A stretch of 57,833 bases of DNA from Gemmatimonadota bacterium (lineage in GTDB: Bacteria > Gemmatimonadota > Gemmatimonadetes > Palauibacterales > KS3-K002): assembly GCA_039586795.1 (NCBI GenBank), contig JBDHJS010000020.1:1-57833 (forward strand), given 5' to 3'. Below, one piece after another: positions 27,982 through 36,198 of the stretch; positions within the stretch are counted from its first letter, which is position 1, and each line of letters starts with the position of its first letter. The notes beneath the pieces are model-generated. The model saw only the letters and a list, made by a program, of their open reading frames with translations, was not told the origin of the DNA and ran no database searches. The translations under genes and the position numbers were made by a program.

Positions 27982-29384
27982 TCCGGTGTGCGGGCGCCCT
28001 CGCTCTCGTAGCGCTTGAGCTTGCGATAGAGAGTTCGGCGATCGATGCCGAGGATATCCGCTGCCTCCGTCTTCTTCCAGCGGACGCTCTCCAGGACGCG
28101 GAAGATATACTCGCGCTCGAGATCTTCGAACGTCCAGCGTTTGCGTTGCGCTTCGTCCAGGATGTCCTGACCGTCTTCTTCCTGCTCGGCGTCGGCGGGT
28201 AACTCGAAGCCGATCGTGCCGGCGCCGCCGCTGGCGTGGAGAACGACCGCGCGCTCGATGAAGTTCTCCAGCTCGCGGACGTTGCCCGGCCAATTATAGC
28301 CCATCATGCGATCCAGCGTGCGGCCGGGTAGCTTGGGCGGTTCGACCTCGTAGAGCTCGGAGTACTTGCTGATGAAGAAGTTCGAGAGCAGCGGGATGTC
28401 CTCTCTTCGCTCTTTGAGTGACGGGACCTCGATCGGGAAGACGTTGAGGCGATAGAACAGGTCCTCACGGTACTCACCCTCGGCGACCCGCTTCTTGAGG
28501 TCGAGGTTCGTCGCCGCGATCAGGCGGATATTGACGGGGATCGGCTGCCGGCCGCCGACGCGCATGATCACGTATTCCTGTAACACGCGGAGCAGCTTCG
28601 GCTGCAGCGACATCGACATGGTGCTGATCTCGTCCAGGAACACCGTGCCGCCCTGCGCCTCCTCGAACAGTCCCTTCTTGTTCTGGATCGCGCCTGTGAA
28701 GGCGCCTTTCATATGCCCGAACAGCTCGGACTCCAGGAGATTGTCGGGGATCGCCACAACATTGATCGGCATGAACGGTTTGGCGGCGCGGTCGGAGGCG
28801 GCGTGTACCGCTCTGGCGACGAGTTCTTTGCCGGTACCGGTGTCGCCGGTGATGAGAACCGTCGCACGGCTGGGCGCCACTCGGGCGATCAGGTCGATGA
28901 CTCGCTGGATCGCCGGGCTCTTGCCGACGATCTGGATGTCGCCGCCTACACCGCGCGCCCGCTGGCGCAGCAACGCCAGCTCGCGCCTCAGGTTCTTTTC
29001 CTCCAGCGCGCGCTGAATGGTCAGGACCAACTCGTCGGTGCTGAACGGCTTGTTGATGTAGTCGAACGCGCCCTGTTTCATCGCCTCAACGGCGGTATCG
29101 ACGGTCCCGAAGGCGGTCATCATCACGACCTGGGTGTCGGGCTGGCGTGTCGGCACCAGGCGGAGCACGTCCATCCCGTCCATGCCCGGTAGATTGATGT
29201 CGAGCAGGATCACGTCGTAGACATCCTGCTCCATCGCCCGGAGGCCGTCTTCACCCGTTTCCGCCGACTCGACCTCGTGGCCAAGGTCGCTGAGCACATC
29301 TATCAGCAATTGGCGGAGGACCTCGTCGTCCTCGACAACGAGAACCTTCGCTTCGGTTTCTACGGCAACAGCTTCGTCATGCAT
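27978..29384 (-). CDS. Sigma54-dependent response regulator (NtrC/AtoC family)
   Basis: Receiver domain (VEDD, LDINLP, KPF), GDTGTGKE, ESELFGH, GAFTGA, WPGNVREL and a Fis-type HTH. Confidence 0.95.
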   Translation of the reverse strand: MHDEAVAVETEAKVLVVEDDEVLRQLLIDVLSDLGHEVESAETGEDGLRAMEQDVYDVILLDINLPGMDGMDVLRLVPTRQPDTQVVMMTAFGTVDTAVEAMKQGAFDYINKPFSTDELVLTIQRALEEKNLRRELALLRQRARGVGGDIQIVGKSPAIQRVIDLIARVAPSRATVLITGDTGTGKELVARAVHAASDRAAKPFMPINVVAIPDNLLESELFGHMKGAFTGAIQNKKGLFEEAQGGTVFLDEISTMSMSLQPKLLRVLQEYVIMRVGGRQPIPVNIRLIAATNLDLKKRVAEGEYREDLFYRLNVFPIEVPSLKERREDIPLLSNFFISKYSELYEVEPPKLPGRTLDRMMGYNWPGNVRELENFIERAVVLHASGGAGTIGFELPADAEQEEDGQDILDEAQRKRWTFEDLEREYIFRVLESVRWKKTEAADILGIDRRTLYRKLKRYESEGARTPE

Positions 29385-30816
29385 CAGAATCCACCGGTAG
29401 AATTACGGTAAACGTCGCGCCTTTCCCCAGCGAGGATCGCGCTTCGATCGCGCCGCCGTGCGCATGAATGATCTGCTTAGCCAGCGCCAGCCCAAGGCCA
29501 GATCCGCCCGAACGGGAGAAGAACGGCGCGAAGATATAGTGCAGGTCCGCCGGCTCGATCCCCGGTCCATCGTCGCTCACTTCAACCTTGATCACCTGCC
29601 GCATCGGCCGGCCTACGATGGGGAAGCCGCGCGTTAGTTCGGTGCCGATTGTGACGATCCCGCCGCCCTTTGGCTCCATCGCCCGCTGGGCGTTCATCAG
29701 GAGATTCAGGAACACCTGCTGCAGCTGACCGGCGTCCGCTTGGATCAGCGGTAGCGTCGTGCCCGAGTTGATTTCGACCTCCGGCTCCACGCTGGCCCGA
29801 TCGAACGACGGGCCGAGTAGCTCCAACACACGGTCGATCACATCGGTGATCTGCACCGGTTCGAGGTCCAGCTCTCCCGGCTTGGCTAGCTCGACCAGAC
29901 CGTGGGTCAACCGGGCGATACGGCTCAGCTGCTCGGCCGCCGTGGTCAGTTGCCGCTCTGCGTCTTCGTCGCCCAGACCCGCTCGTCGAAGGTTCTCGAC
30001 CACGATGCCGATCGACGTCAGCGGCGCGCCGATCTCCTGCGCCACGCTGGCGGCTAGTTGACCCAGCGTGACCAGCTTCTCGGACTCGATCACCTGGCGC
30101 TCCACCTGCCGTCGCTGCGACAGGTCGCGCACGATCGTCAGGCTGGCCAGTCCGGCGCCATTGCGTTGGCCGTTCCGCGGCACGGTCCGTGTCAAGCTCA
30201 CCTCTACCTCACGCCCGTCCTTCGTCACGCGACGCGTCTGGTAGTCGCGAACGGCGCCCAACTCGCGTAGCGCCTTGCGCAACCGCTCGGGCTCACGCTC
30301 GGCGATCAGATCCGCAGGGATCAGCTTGGTCAGCGGCTCACCGACCATCTCGTCGGATGTGTAGCCGAACATCTCTTCCGCACCGCGGTTCCAGGCGATG
30401 ATCCGCTCGTCATCATCAAGAGCCCAGATCGCGTCCGCCGAGTCCGCCAAGAGCTCGGGCCACCCGGACTGATGCGCCGACGACGGGACACAGTAGACCG
30501 CGGTCATGTCATCTGATCCGCGGGTGACCCGCACGTCCCAGTAGCCGTGACCGATTCGCACCGAGGCCAACGACGCCGGCGTCGCTTCCCGGGGCGGCGT
30601 TGGTGTCAGCAACGCCAGCAGTCCCTCGTCGAGGTCACCGCCCAGCGCGTCGCCCACACCCCGACCGCACACGTCGGCCACCGTCGTATCGAACGCCGCC
30701 TCACAAGCCGCGTTCAGGTACACGACCTTCCCATGCCCGTTAACGATAAATATCGGATCGGGCAGGCCATCCAGAATCGACATTACCCCCTGCGACAACA
30801 CGCTCCTCCAGGTCAT
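29377..30816 (-). CDS. PAS-PAS histidine kinase-like protein lacking the phospho-acceptor His
   Basis: Two PAS domains; H-box reads LAASVAQEIGAPL; intact N, G1, F and G2 boxes. Confidence 0.88.
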   Translation of the reverse strand: MTWRSVLSQGVMSILDGLPDPIFIVNGHGKVVYLNAACEAAFDTTVADVCGRGVGDALGGDLDEGLLALLTPTPPREATPASLASVRIGHGYWDVRVTRGSDDMTAVYCVPSSAHQSGWPELLADSADAIWALDDDERIIAWNRGAEEMFGYTSDEMVGEPLTKLIPADLIAEREPERLRKALRELGAVRDYQTRRVTKDGREVEVSLTRTVPRNGQRNGAGLASLTIVRDLSQRRQVERQVIESEKLVTLGQLAASVAQEIGAPLTSIGIVVENLRRAGLGDEDAERQLTTAAEQLSRIARLTHGLVELAKPGELDLEPVQITDVIDRVLELLGPSFDRASVEPEVEINSGTTLPLIQADAGQLQQVFLNLLMNAQRAMEPKGGGIVTIGTELTRGFPIVGRPMRQVIKVEVSDDGPGIEPADLHYIFAPFFSRSGGSGLGLALAKQIIHAHGGAIEARSSLGKGATFTVILPVDSDA

Positions 30817-30976
30817 ACACGGTTTCCAACCTTCTCCCTAATGAACGTTCCGTGCCGCCCGTCGCGAGATCGGCCCAGAACAAGTAAAATGTTGCCATAT
30901 AATCACTTACGACACCTGCATCAAGCCGATCTGGGGCCAGGTCCGAAGAGTGGAGCGCGCCGGGGGGACGCCGATT

Positions 30977-30996
30977 GGGACACATTGTCCCGATTA
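30977..30996. promoter_or_regulatory. Palindromic enhancer-like site GGGACA-N3-TGTCCC-GATTA
   Basis: Perfect 6-3-6 palindrome about 220 bp upstream of a sigma54 promoter; related half-sites at about 31060 and 31095. Confidence 0.6.
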
Positions 30997-31167
30997 CCAT
31001 GCCGGGTTCCCGTTCGAGATGCAAGTCGGCGCGTTTCGCGGGCCGATGGATGGGGCCAGTTGGGACGATCCGGATAGAACAGGCATCGCCCGCTTGTCCC
31101 GCTGTGTGTCACGCTGTCACGGGGAAGAACGGCGATTTTGAAGGGCTGACTGAGCTAAGATGTTACA

Positions 31168-31180
31168 AATCAAGGCGTTG
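31168..31180 (+). promoter_or_regulatory. IHF binding site
   Basis: AATCAAGGCGTTG is an exact WATCAANNNNTTR match, immediately upstream of the -24/-12 element. Confidence 0.65.
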
Positions 31181-31198
31181 AGAACGGCGGCCTTTCGC

Positions 31199-31214
31199 TG
31201 GTACAAGTTGTGCA
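31199..31214 (+). promoter_or_regulatory. Sigma54 (-24/-12) promoter
   Basis: TGGTACAAGTTGTGCA has GG-N10-GC spacing and lies divergent from a sigma54 activator operon. Confidence 0.7.
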
Positions 31215-31224
31215 ACTATAGAAA

Positions 31225-31372
31225 GCAACCACGCCGTATGGCGCATCTAAAAACACGGTGCCACAGCGCTTGCGGATGTGGGGATTTGTGAGCCCGGGTA
31301 GCCTGTCGGAAAAAGATGGTTGGGGCTAATCGCACGAGGACTGACAGGTTCACCCGGGCTTACTACATCCTG
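31225..31372 (+). ncRNA. Candidate sigma54-dependent small RNA
   Basis: Downstream of the sigma54 promoter with no convincing CDS; long interrupted hairpin 31274-31370 (GGATGTG/TACATCC, GTGAGCCCGGGT/ACCCGGGCTTAC, CCTGTC/GACAGG). Confidence 0.5.
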
Positions 31373-31373
31373 T

Positions 31374-31497
31374 AGATTCGGTGATTACGAGATTCTGGGG
31401 TTAGGGGATTCCGGGATTGGCTGGACGACCCAGAGTCCGGGGTGACACTCCCACACCGAATCTCTAAACCCCCGCACCGCCGAATCCCCTAATCCTC
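31374..31497. repeat. Degenerate 8-mer repeats forming interleaved inverted repeats
   Basis: AGATTCGGTG (31374) pairs with CACCGAATCT (31454); TTAGGGGATTC (31402) pairs with GAATCCCCTAA (31482). Confidence 0.65.
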
Positions 31498-31510
31498 AGC
31501 AGGTCCTTCC

Positions 31511-32431
31511 TTAGAGAAGCGTCTTCCCAGAAGCCTTAACCGTAAAGACAGGACAAGTCGCGCGGCGAACCACCTGCTCGGTAACGCTCCCCAGCAGCAT
31601 GTGCCCGAGGCCGGTGAGGCCGTGGCTGGCGATGACGATGAGGTCGGCGTCGATTTCGGAGGTGAAGTCGGCGATTTCCGGGGCGGCGCGGCCGGCGCGG
31701 ACGTGGATCTCGGTGCGGGCGGCGTCGGTATCCGTCTCCGTCAGCAGCTTGCTGAGCCGTTCGATGGATTGTCCCCGCAGCTCGTCGGTGACCGAGCCGC
31801 CGGAAGGCATGACGGGCGGGTAGAAGTCGGGGTAGACTACCTCGTCCACGATGTGGATGAGATGGAGCTGTGCCTCGAAGAGGGCGGAGAGCTCTTTGGC
31901 GTAGTTGAGGGCGAGCCGGGCGTGCTCCGAGAAATCTACGGGCACGACGATCTGGCTGATGCAAACGTCGGGATCGGCCTTTTTTTTCTCCGGCACGGTC
32001 ATCACGGGGCAGGGTGCCAGGCGTACGATCTCCTCGGCCACGCTGCCCAGCAGAAGTCGCCTCAGTCCCCGTCGGCCGTGGGTCCCCATCACTATAAGGT
32101 CGATGTTGTTCTCGGCGGCATAGTCGAGTATCCCGGCGGCCGCCGAGATCCCACGGCTCTGAGCCCGCTTGACGGTGAATCCGGTGCCCGCTTCGCCGTC
32201 GGTCGCTGCCAACATCTGAGTCTCGGCATGCACCTCCAGGGCGCCGTAGAGCTCCTCCATGTTGGGAAGACGGTGGGCCGCGTTACCGGGGTCGGCCTCG
32301 TGGATGACCAGGCTGTGAAAGAGGTGTAGCTCCGCGTTGAAACGCCTTGCCAGCTCCCGGGTGCAGGGCATCGCATGACTCGCGCACCTGGAAAAGTCGG
32401 TGGGATAGAGGATCCGTTTGATGTCCAGCAT
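31511..32431 (-). CDS. Tandem-domain universal stress protein
   Basis: ILYPTDFS, DLIVMGTHGRRG..LLGSVAE..VR.APCPV, then PVDFS and ASHG..LLGSVTE; ATG at 32431 after AAGGAG. Confidence 0.95.
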   Translation of the reverse strand: MLDIKRILYPTDFSRCASHAMPCTRELARRFNAELHLFHSLVIHEADPGNAAHRLPNMEELYGALEVHAETQMLAATDGEAGTGFTVKRAQSRGISAAAGILDYAAENNIDLIVMGTHGRRGLRRLLLGSVAEEIVRLAPCPVMTVPEKKKADPDVCISQIVVPVDFSEHARLALNYAKELSALFEAQLHLIHIVDEVVYPDFYPPVMPSGGSVTDELRGQSIERLSKLLTETDTDAARTEIHVRAGRAAPEIADFTSEIDADLIVIASHGLTGLGHMLLGSVTEQVVRRATCPVFTVKASGKTLL

Positions 32432-32596
32432 GACCGGGCTCCTTCTGGGGGGACCTATTAAATATGTACCACGCCGCTGGTCCTTCGGCCAGCCCCGCCA
32501 GTCTGAAACTGGAGCGCCGGGCTGTTCGTAGGGGAAATCGAATGGCTCCCCTATCAGCGACCAAAGCGGGATTTTCAGACAGAACGGAAGAAAGCC

Positions 32597-33982
32597 ATGC
32601 GACGGGTACTGATCATCGCGACGGCCATGCTCAGCCTCGCGTCGTCGTCTGCCTACGCGCAGAAGGACTGTGGCGGAGGTTTCAATGTCGCCATCGACTG
32701 CAACGGGATCGGGTTCGGCAATTCCAGCCGCTTCACCGGTCTGCGGTTCAACTGGAGCGACCGGGATCTCGATACGATCAACGGGTTGAACTTCACGCTC
32801 TGGCGACCGCGAGATTGGCCGGATCGGGACTGGATGGGTTCGCCCGGGGGCACGATCAACGGACTTGCCTTTGGCCTGTTCCCGGCGGCGGATCACATCT
32901 ACGGTGCGTCGATCGGGATCGGCGCCACCGTGGTGGGGCGAAGCGCGGCGGGCCTGACGTTTGGGTTGCTCGCGACCGTCTCGGAGGGATCGCTGTCCGG
33001 TATCAACGTGGGCGGTCTGGCGATGGTTTCTCAGGGTTCGGCGTCGGGTCTCAACGTGGGCGGCCTGGCCGTTGTCTCGGAGGGTTCGCTCAGCGGGATC
33101 AACGTCGGTGGCCTCGCCTCGGTCTCCCAGGGTAGCCAGAGCGGGATCAACCTCAGCCTTCTGGCGTTGGTTGCCGAGGGCTCGCTGACGGGGATCAATC
33201 TGGGCGGTCTGGCGAACGTGTCGGAGGGGAGTCAGACCGGGCTCAACCTGGGTGGCCTGGCTCTCGTGAGCGAGGGTCCGCTAACCGGCATCAACCTCGG
33301 CGGGCTGGCCACGGTCTCGGAAGGCAGCCAGACGGGGATCAACATGAGCTTGCTGGCGCTGGTGTCGAGCGGGGCGCTCACCGGAGCGAACGTCGGCGGT
33401 CTGGCCGTGGTGGCCGATCGGTCGATGAACGGCATCAACGGGGCGTTGCTGGCCGGTGTTTCGGGCGGTTCGATGACCGGGATCAGCGCCGGCGGTTTGG
33501 CGCTGGTGGCCGACGGGGCGATGACCGGCCTCGGGGTCGGTGGTCTGGCGACCGTGGCGAACGGCCGCTTCGAGGGTATCGGCGTGGGCGGCCTGGCTCT
33601 GGTTGCCGATCGCTCCATAGAGGGCATCACGGTAGGTGGTCTGGCCGTCGTCAGCGGAGGCGGCATCCACGGTAGCGGGATGAGCTTGGGTAAGGTGCAT
33701 GCCGAGGACGAGATCTACGGCTTCGCGGTGGGCGGCTACATGGTGGAGGCGATCGATTTCCGCGGCGCATCGGTCGGCATCATCCGCACGAAGATGGAGG
33801 AGATGCGCGGGTTCGCCGTGTCGGGCTACAACCAGATCACGCTGGAACAACGCGGCCTGACGATCGGCATCTACAACCGGGCCCGGGAGCTGCACGGCGT
33901 GCAGATCGGCCTCTTGAACTACGCCGGTAACAATCCGCCCGGGTTGCGCTGGCTACCGATCATCAATCTCAACCTGAATTGA
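32597..33982 (+). CDS. Secreted Gly-rich 15-residue repeat protein (LA_2272-like surface repeat family)
   Basis: Signal peptide; many repeats of G(I/L)N(L/V)GGLA.VS(E/Q)GS.(T/S); C-terminal GVQIGLLNYA...LPIIN. Confidence 0.8.
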   Translation: MRRVLIIATAMLSLASSSAYAQKDCGGGFNVAIDCNGIGFGNSSRFTGLRFNWSDRDLDTINGLNFTLWRPRDWPDRDWMGSPGGTINGLAFGLFPAADHIYGASIGIGATVVGRSAAGLTFGLLATVSEGSLSGINVGGLAMVSQGSASGLNVGGLAVVSEGSLSGINVGGLASVSQGSQSGINLSLLALVAEGSLTGINLGGLANVSEGSQTGLNLGGLALVSEGPLTGINLGGLATVSEGSQTGINMSLLALVSSGALTGANVGGLAVVADRSMNGINGALLAGVSGGSMTGISAGGLALVADGAMTGLGVGGLATVANGRFEGIGVGGLALVADRSIEGITVGGLAVVSGGGIHGSGMSLGKVHAEDEIYGFAVGGYMVEAIDFRGASVGIIRTKMEEMRGFAVSGYNQITLEQRGLTIGIYNRARELHGVQIGLLNYAGNNPPGLRWLPIINLNLN

Positions 33983-34014
33983 TCTGACGGGGTGGGGGGC
34001 GCTAGCTTTTCCGC

Positions 34015-36105
34015 ATGACCCTAAGAACATGCAGGCTAGCGTTCGCCCTCGTCATCGCGGGGGCGGTCCTGGGGTGCCAGGACCGCACCTCCGGAACTTC
34101 CGCTGGATATCGTGAGCTTGGGGACCTACCGGCGCTGCGCGAGCGCGGGGCAATCCGAATTCTGACGCCCCCGCTGGCCGACACCGAGGGCTTGCCGCGC
34201 CAAGGTCACCTCATCCGCCTGGAGCAAGAACTGATCGAAGCGTTCGTTCGCCTCGAGGGTCTCGAGCCGTTGTGGATATGGGTGGACGAGCGCGACGACC
34301 TCATCCCGGCGCTGCTCGATGGTCGGGGCGATGTGATCGCCGCCAACCTGACGGCAACGCCGAACCGTCGGGAGCTGGTCGCGTTCGGCGCGCCGCTGAC
34401 TACCGTGCGCGAGCGGATCGTCTCGGGTCCGGACGCGCCGGCGATCGAGAGCGTCGACGATCTGACCGGTCGCGAAGTTGTCGTCCGCGCTTCGTCGTCG
34501 TACGTAGAAACGCTGGAGACTCTGCTGATTGAGAACCCGGACATCTACGCCGCGGCGGCGCCGGAGGACATGGAAACAGAGGAGATCCTCTATCGGGTGT
34601 CGCAGGGCGAGTTCGATGTCACGCTGGCCGACGACCGGATCATCCGTGATGTGCAGGCTTACCTCCCCGATCTGCGCGTCGGCCCCGAGGTGACCGGTGA
34701 CCGCGAAATCGCCTGGGCGTTTCGACCCGACAACAGCGAGTTGATCGACGCCGCCGACGCATTCATCTACCAATACAATCCGGCAAGCGATATCCCCGAC
34801 CGCTACACCGGCGACCTGGACCAGATCAAGCAACGTGGCGTGCTCAGGGTCCTGACGCGGAACAACCCGTCCACCTATTTCGTCTACCGCGGTCACGTGA
34901 TGGGCTTCGAGTACGATCTGGCTCGTGAGTTCGCCAGGCGTCACGGTTTGCACGCTCAGTTCATCGTCGTCCCCACGCGGGCGGGGCTCATCACGTGGCT
35001 GGTTCAGGGCAGAGGCGACATCGTGGCGGCGGGGATGACGGCCACGGAGTTTCGTACCGACATCGGCGCTCAGTTCTCCCGGCCCTATGCGTTCATATCT
35101 GAGATAGTGGTGGCGCGACCGGGGGATTCCACGCTGGTTGCACCGTCGGATCTGAGCGGTCGGACGATCGTGGTGCGGCGCGGTAGCTCGTACTGGCAAA
35201 CGGCCGTCGGGCTGCAAGAGCGTGGCATCGACGTTCAGCTGGTTGCCGCTTCCGAGGCGTTGGAGACCGAAGACATCATCGACGGTGTCGCCAGCGGTGA
35301 GCACGACCTCACGATCGCCGATAGCAACATCCTCGATATCGAGCTCACTTGGCGCGAAGATATCATCGGCGCGTTCTCGCTCGGCGACTCCATCGGACAC
35401 GCCTGGGCGATGCGTGAGACCGATGCCCAGCTGAAAGCGGCCGTCGACGCGTTCTTCAGCGCCGAGTACCGAGGCGAGTTCTACAACATCACGCGCCGGA
35501 AGTACTTCAACCCTTCGATGCGGGTCAGAAGACACGCCACCTCGCGTGCTGCGTTGACCGGAGTGCTCTCTCCGTACGACGAGTTGTTTCGAAACTACGC
35601 CAACCGCTACCAGGTCGACTGGCTTCTGGTTGCCGCTCAGTCGTATCAAGAAAGTCGCTTCGACCCGGACGTGGTCTCCTTCGCCGGCGCCGTCGGGCTC
35701 ATGCAGGTGATGCCGGGCACCGGTCGCGAGTTGGGCTTCGAGTCCCTGCACGAGCCGGAGCAGGGCGTCCACGCCGGGGTGATGTATCTGTATCGGCTCT
35801 ACAATCGGCTGGACGAAATCCCTGACGACGAAGACCGGCTCTGGTTCTCCCTCGCCGCCTACAATGCGGGCCTGGGACACGTCAACGATGCCCGGCGATT
35901 GGCGGTCGAGTTGGGGCGCGATCCCGACGTCTGGTTCGGGGAAGTGGCGGAGGTGATGCCGCTGCTTCAAAAGCGGGAGTACTACAGTCGCGCCCGCCAC
36001 GGGTACTGCCGCTGCACCGAGCCGGTGGACTACGTAGCGCGAATTCGCGATCGCTATCGTGCCTACTCCGACGCGATCGCCGACTCGGCCCAAGCGTCGC
36101 CATAG
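34015..36105 (+). CDS. MltF-like lytic transglycosylase with two periplasmic-binding-protein domains; probable lipoprotein
   Basis: VLGC lipobox; two SBP family 3 modules; SLT motifs YQES.F, GAVGLMQ and AAYNAG.GH. Confidence 0.88.
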   Translation: MTLRTCRLAFALVIAGAVLGCQDRTSGTSAGYRELGDLPALRERGAIRILTPPLADTEGLPRQGHLIRLEQELIEAFVRLEGLEPLWIWVDERDDLIPALLDGRGDVIAANLTATPNRRELVAFGAPLTTVRERIVSGPDAPAIESVDDLTGREVVVRASSSYVETLETLLIENPDIYAAAAPEDMETEEILYRVSQGEFDVTLADDRIIRDVQAYLPDLRVGPEVTGDREIAWAFRPDNSELIDAADAFIYQYNPASDIPDRYTGDLDQIKQRGVLRVLTRNNPSTYFVYRGHVMGFEYDLAREFARRHGLHAQFIVVPTRAGLITWLVQGRGDIVAAGMTATEFRTDIGAQFSRPYAFISEIVVARPGDSTLVAPSDLSGRTIVVRRGSSYWQTAVGLQERGIDVQLVAASEALETEDIIDGVASGEHDLTIADSNILDIELTWREDIIGAFSLGDSIGHAWAMRETDAQLKAAVDAFFSAEYRGEFYNITRRKYFNPSMRVRRHATSRAALTGVLSPYDELFRNYANRYQVDWLLVAAQSYQESRFDPDVVSFAGAVGLMQVMPGTGRELGFESLHEPEQGVHAGVMYLYRLYNRLDEIPDDEDRLWFSLAAYNAGLGHVNDARRLAVELGRDPDVWFGEVAEVMPLLQKREYYSRARHGYCRCTEPVDYVARIRDRYRAYSDAIADSAQASP

Positions 36106-36148
36106 GCGTAACACGACGTTCCTTGACAGTTCCGGGGGGAGGGTTCAT

Positions 36149-36164
36149 TTTAGGGTAACCTAAA
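36149..36164. promoter_or_regulatory. DtxR/MntR(SirR)-type operator
   Basis: TTTAGG-GTAA-CCTAAA palindrome overlapping a TTGACA(36123)-17 bp-CATTTT promoter; degenerate second copy at about 36174-36187. Confidence 0.65.
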
Positions 36165-36198
36165 TATTGATTTTGAATACCCTAATAATGCCCCGAAC

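Noticed and set aside
26221..28293. N-terminal extensions given by the ORF track (e.g. 28293, 32896, 65, 50483, 10178)
   Set aside because: They overlap neighbouring genes and are low-complexity. Downstream starts with an RBS or stop-start coupling fit better.
31238..31291. 17-codon Cys-rich ORF (MAHLKTRCHSACGCGDL) after the sigma54 promoter
   Set aside because: It has no recognisable RBS and overlaps the hairpin arm. It cannot be supported without ribosome profiling, though it is not excluded.
31274..31370. 6S RNA or SRP RNA identity for the hairpin
   Set aside because: It is shorter than typical 6S RNA with no central bubble between two long stems, and I saw no SRP GNRA-loop domain.
34126..36114. 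Long antisense ORFs (also 8277-9485, 13997-15172, 37645-38706, 52879-53910)
   Set aside because: They are shadow frames of well-supported genes in high-GC DNA and show no recognisable motifs.
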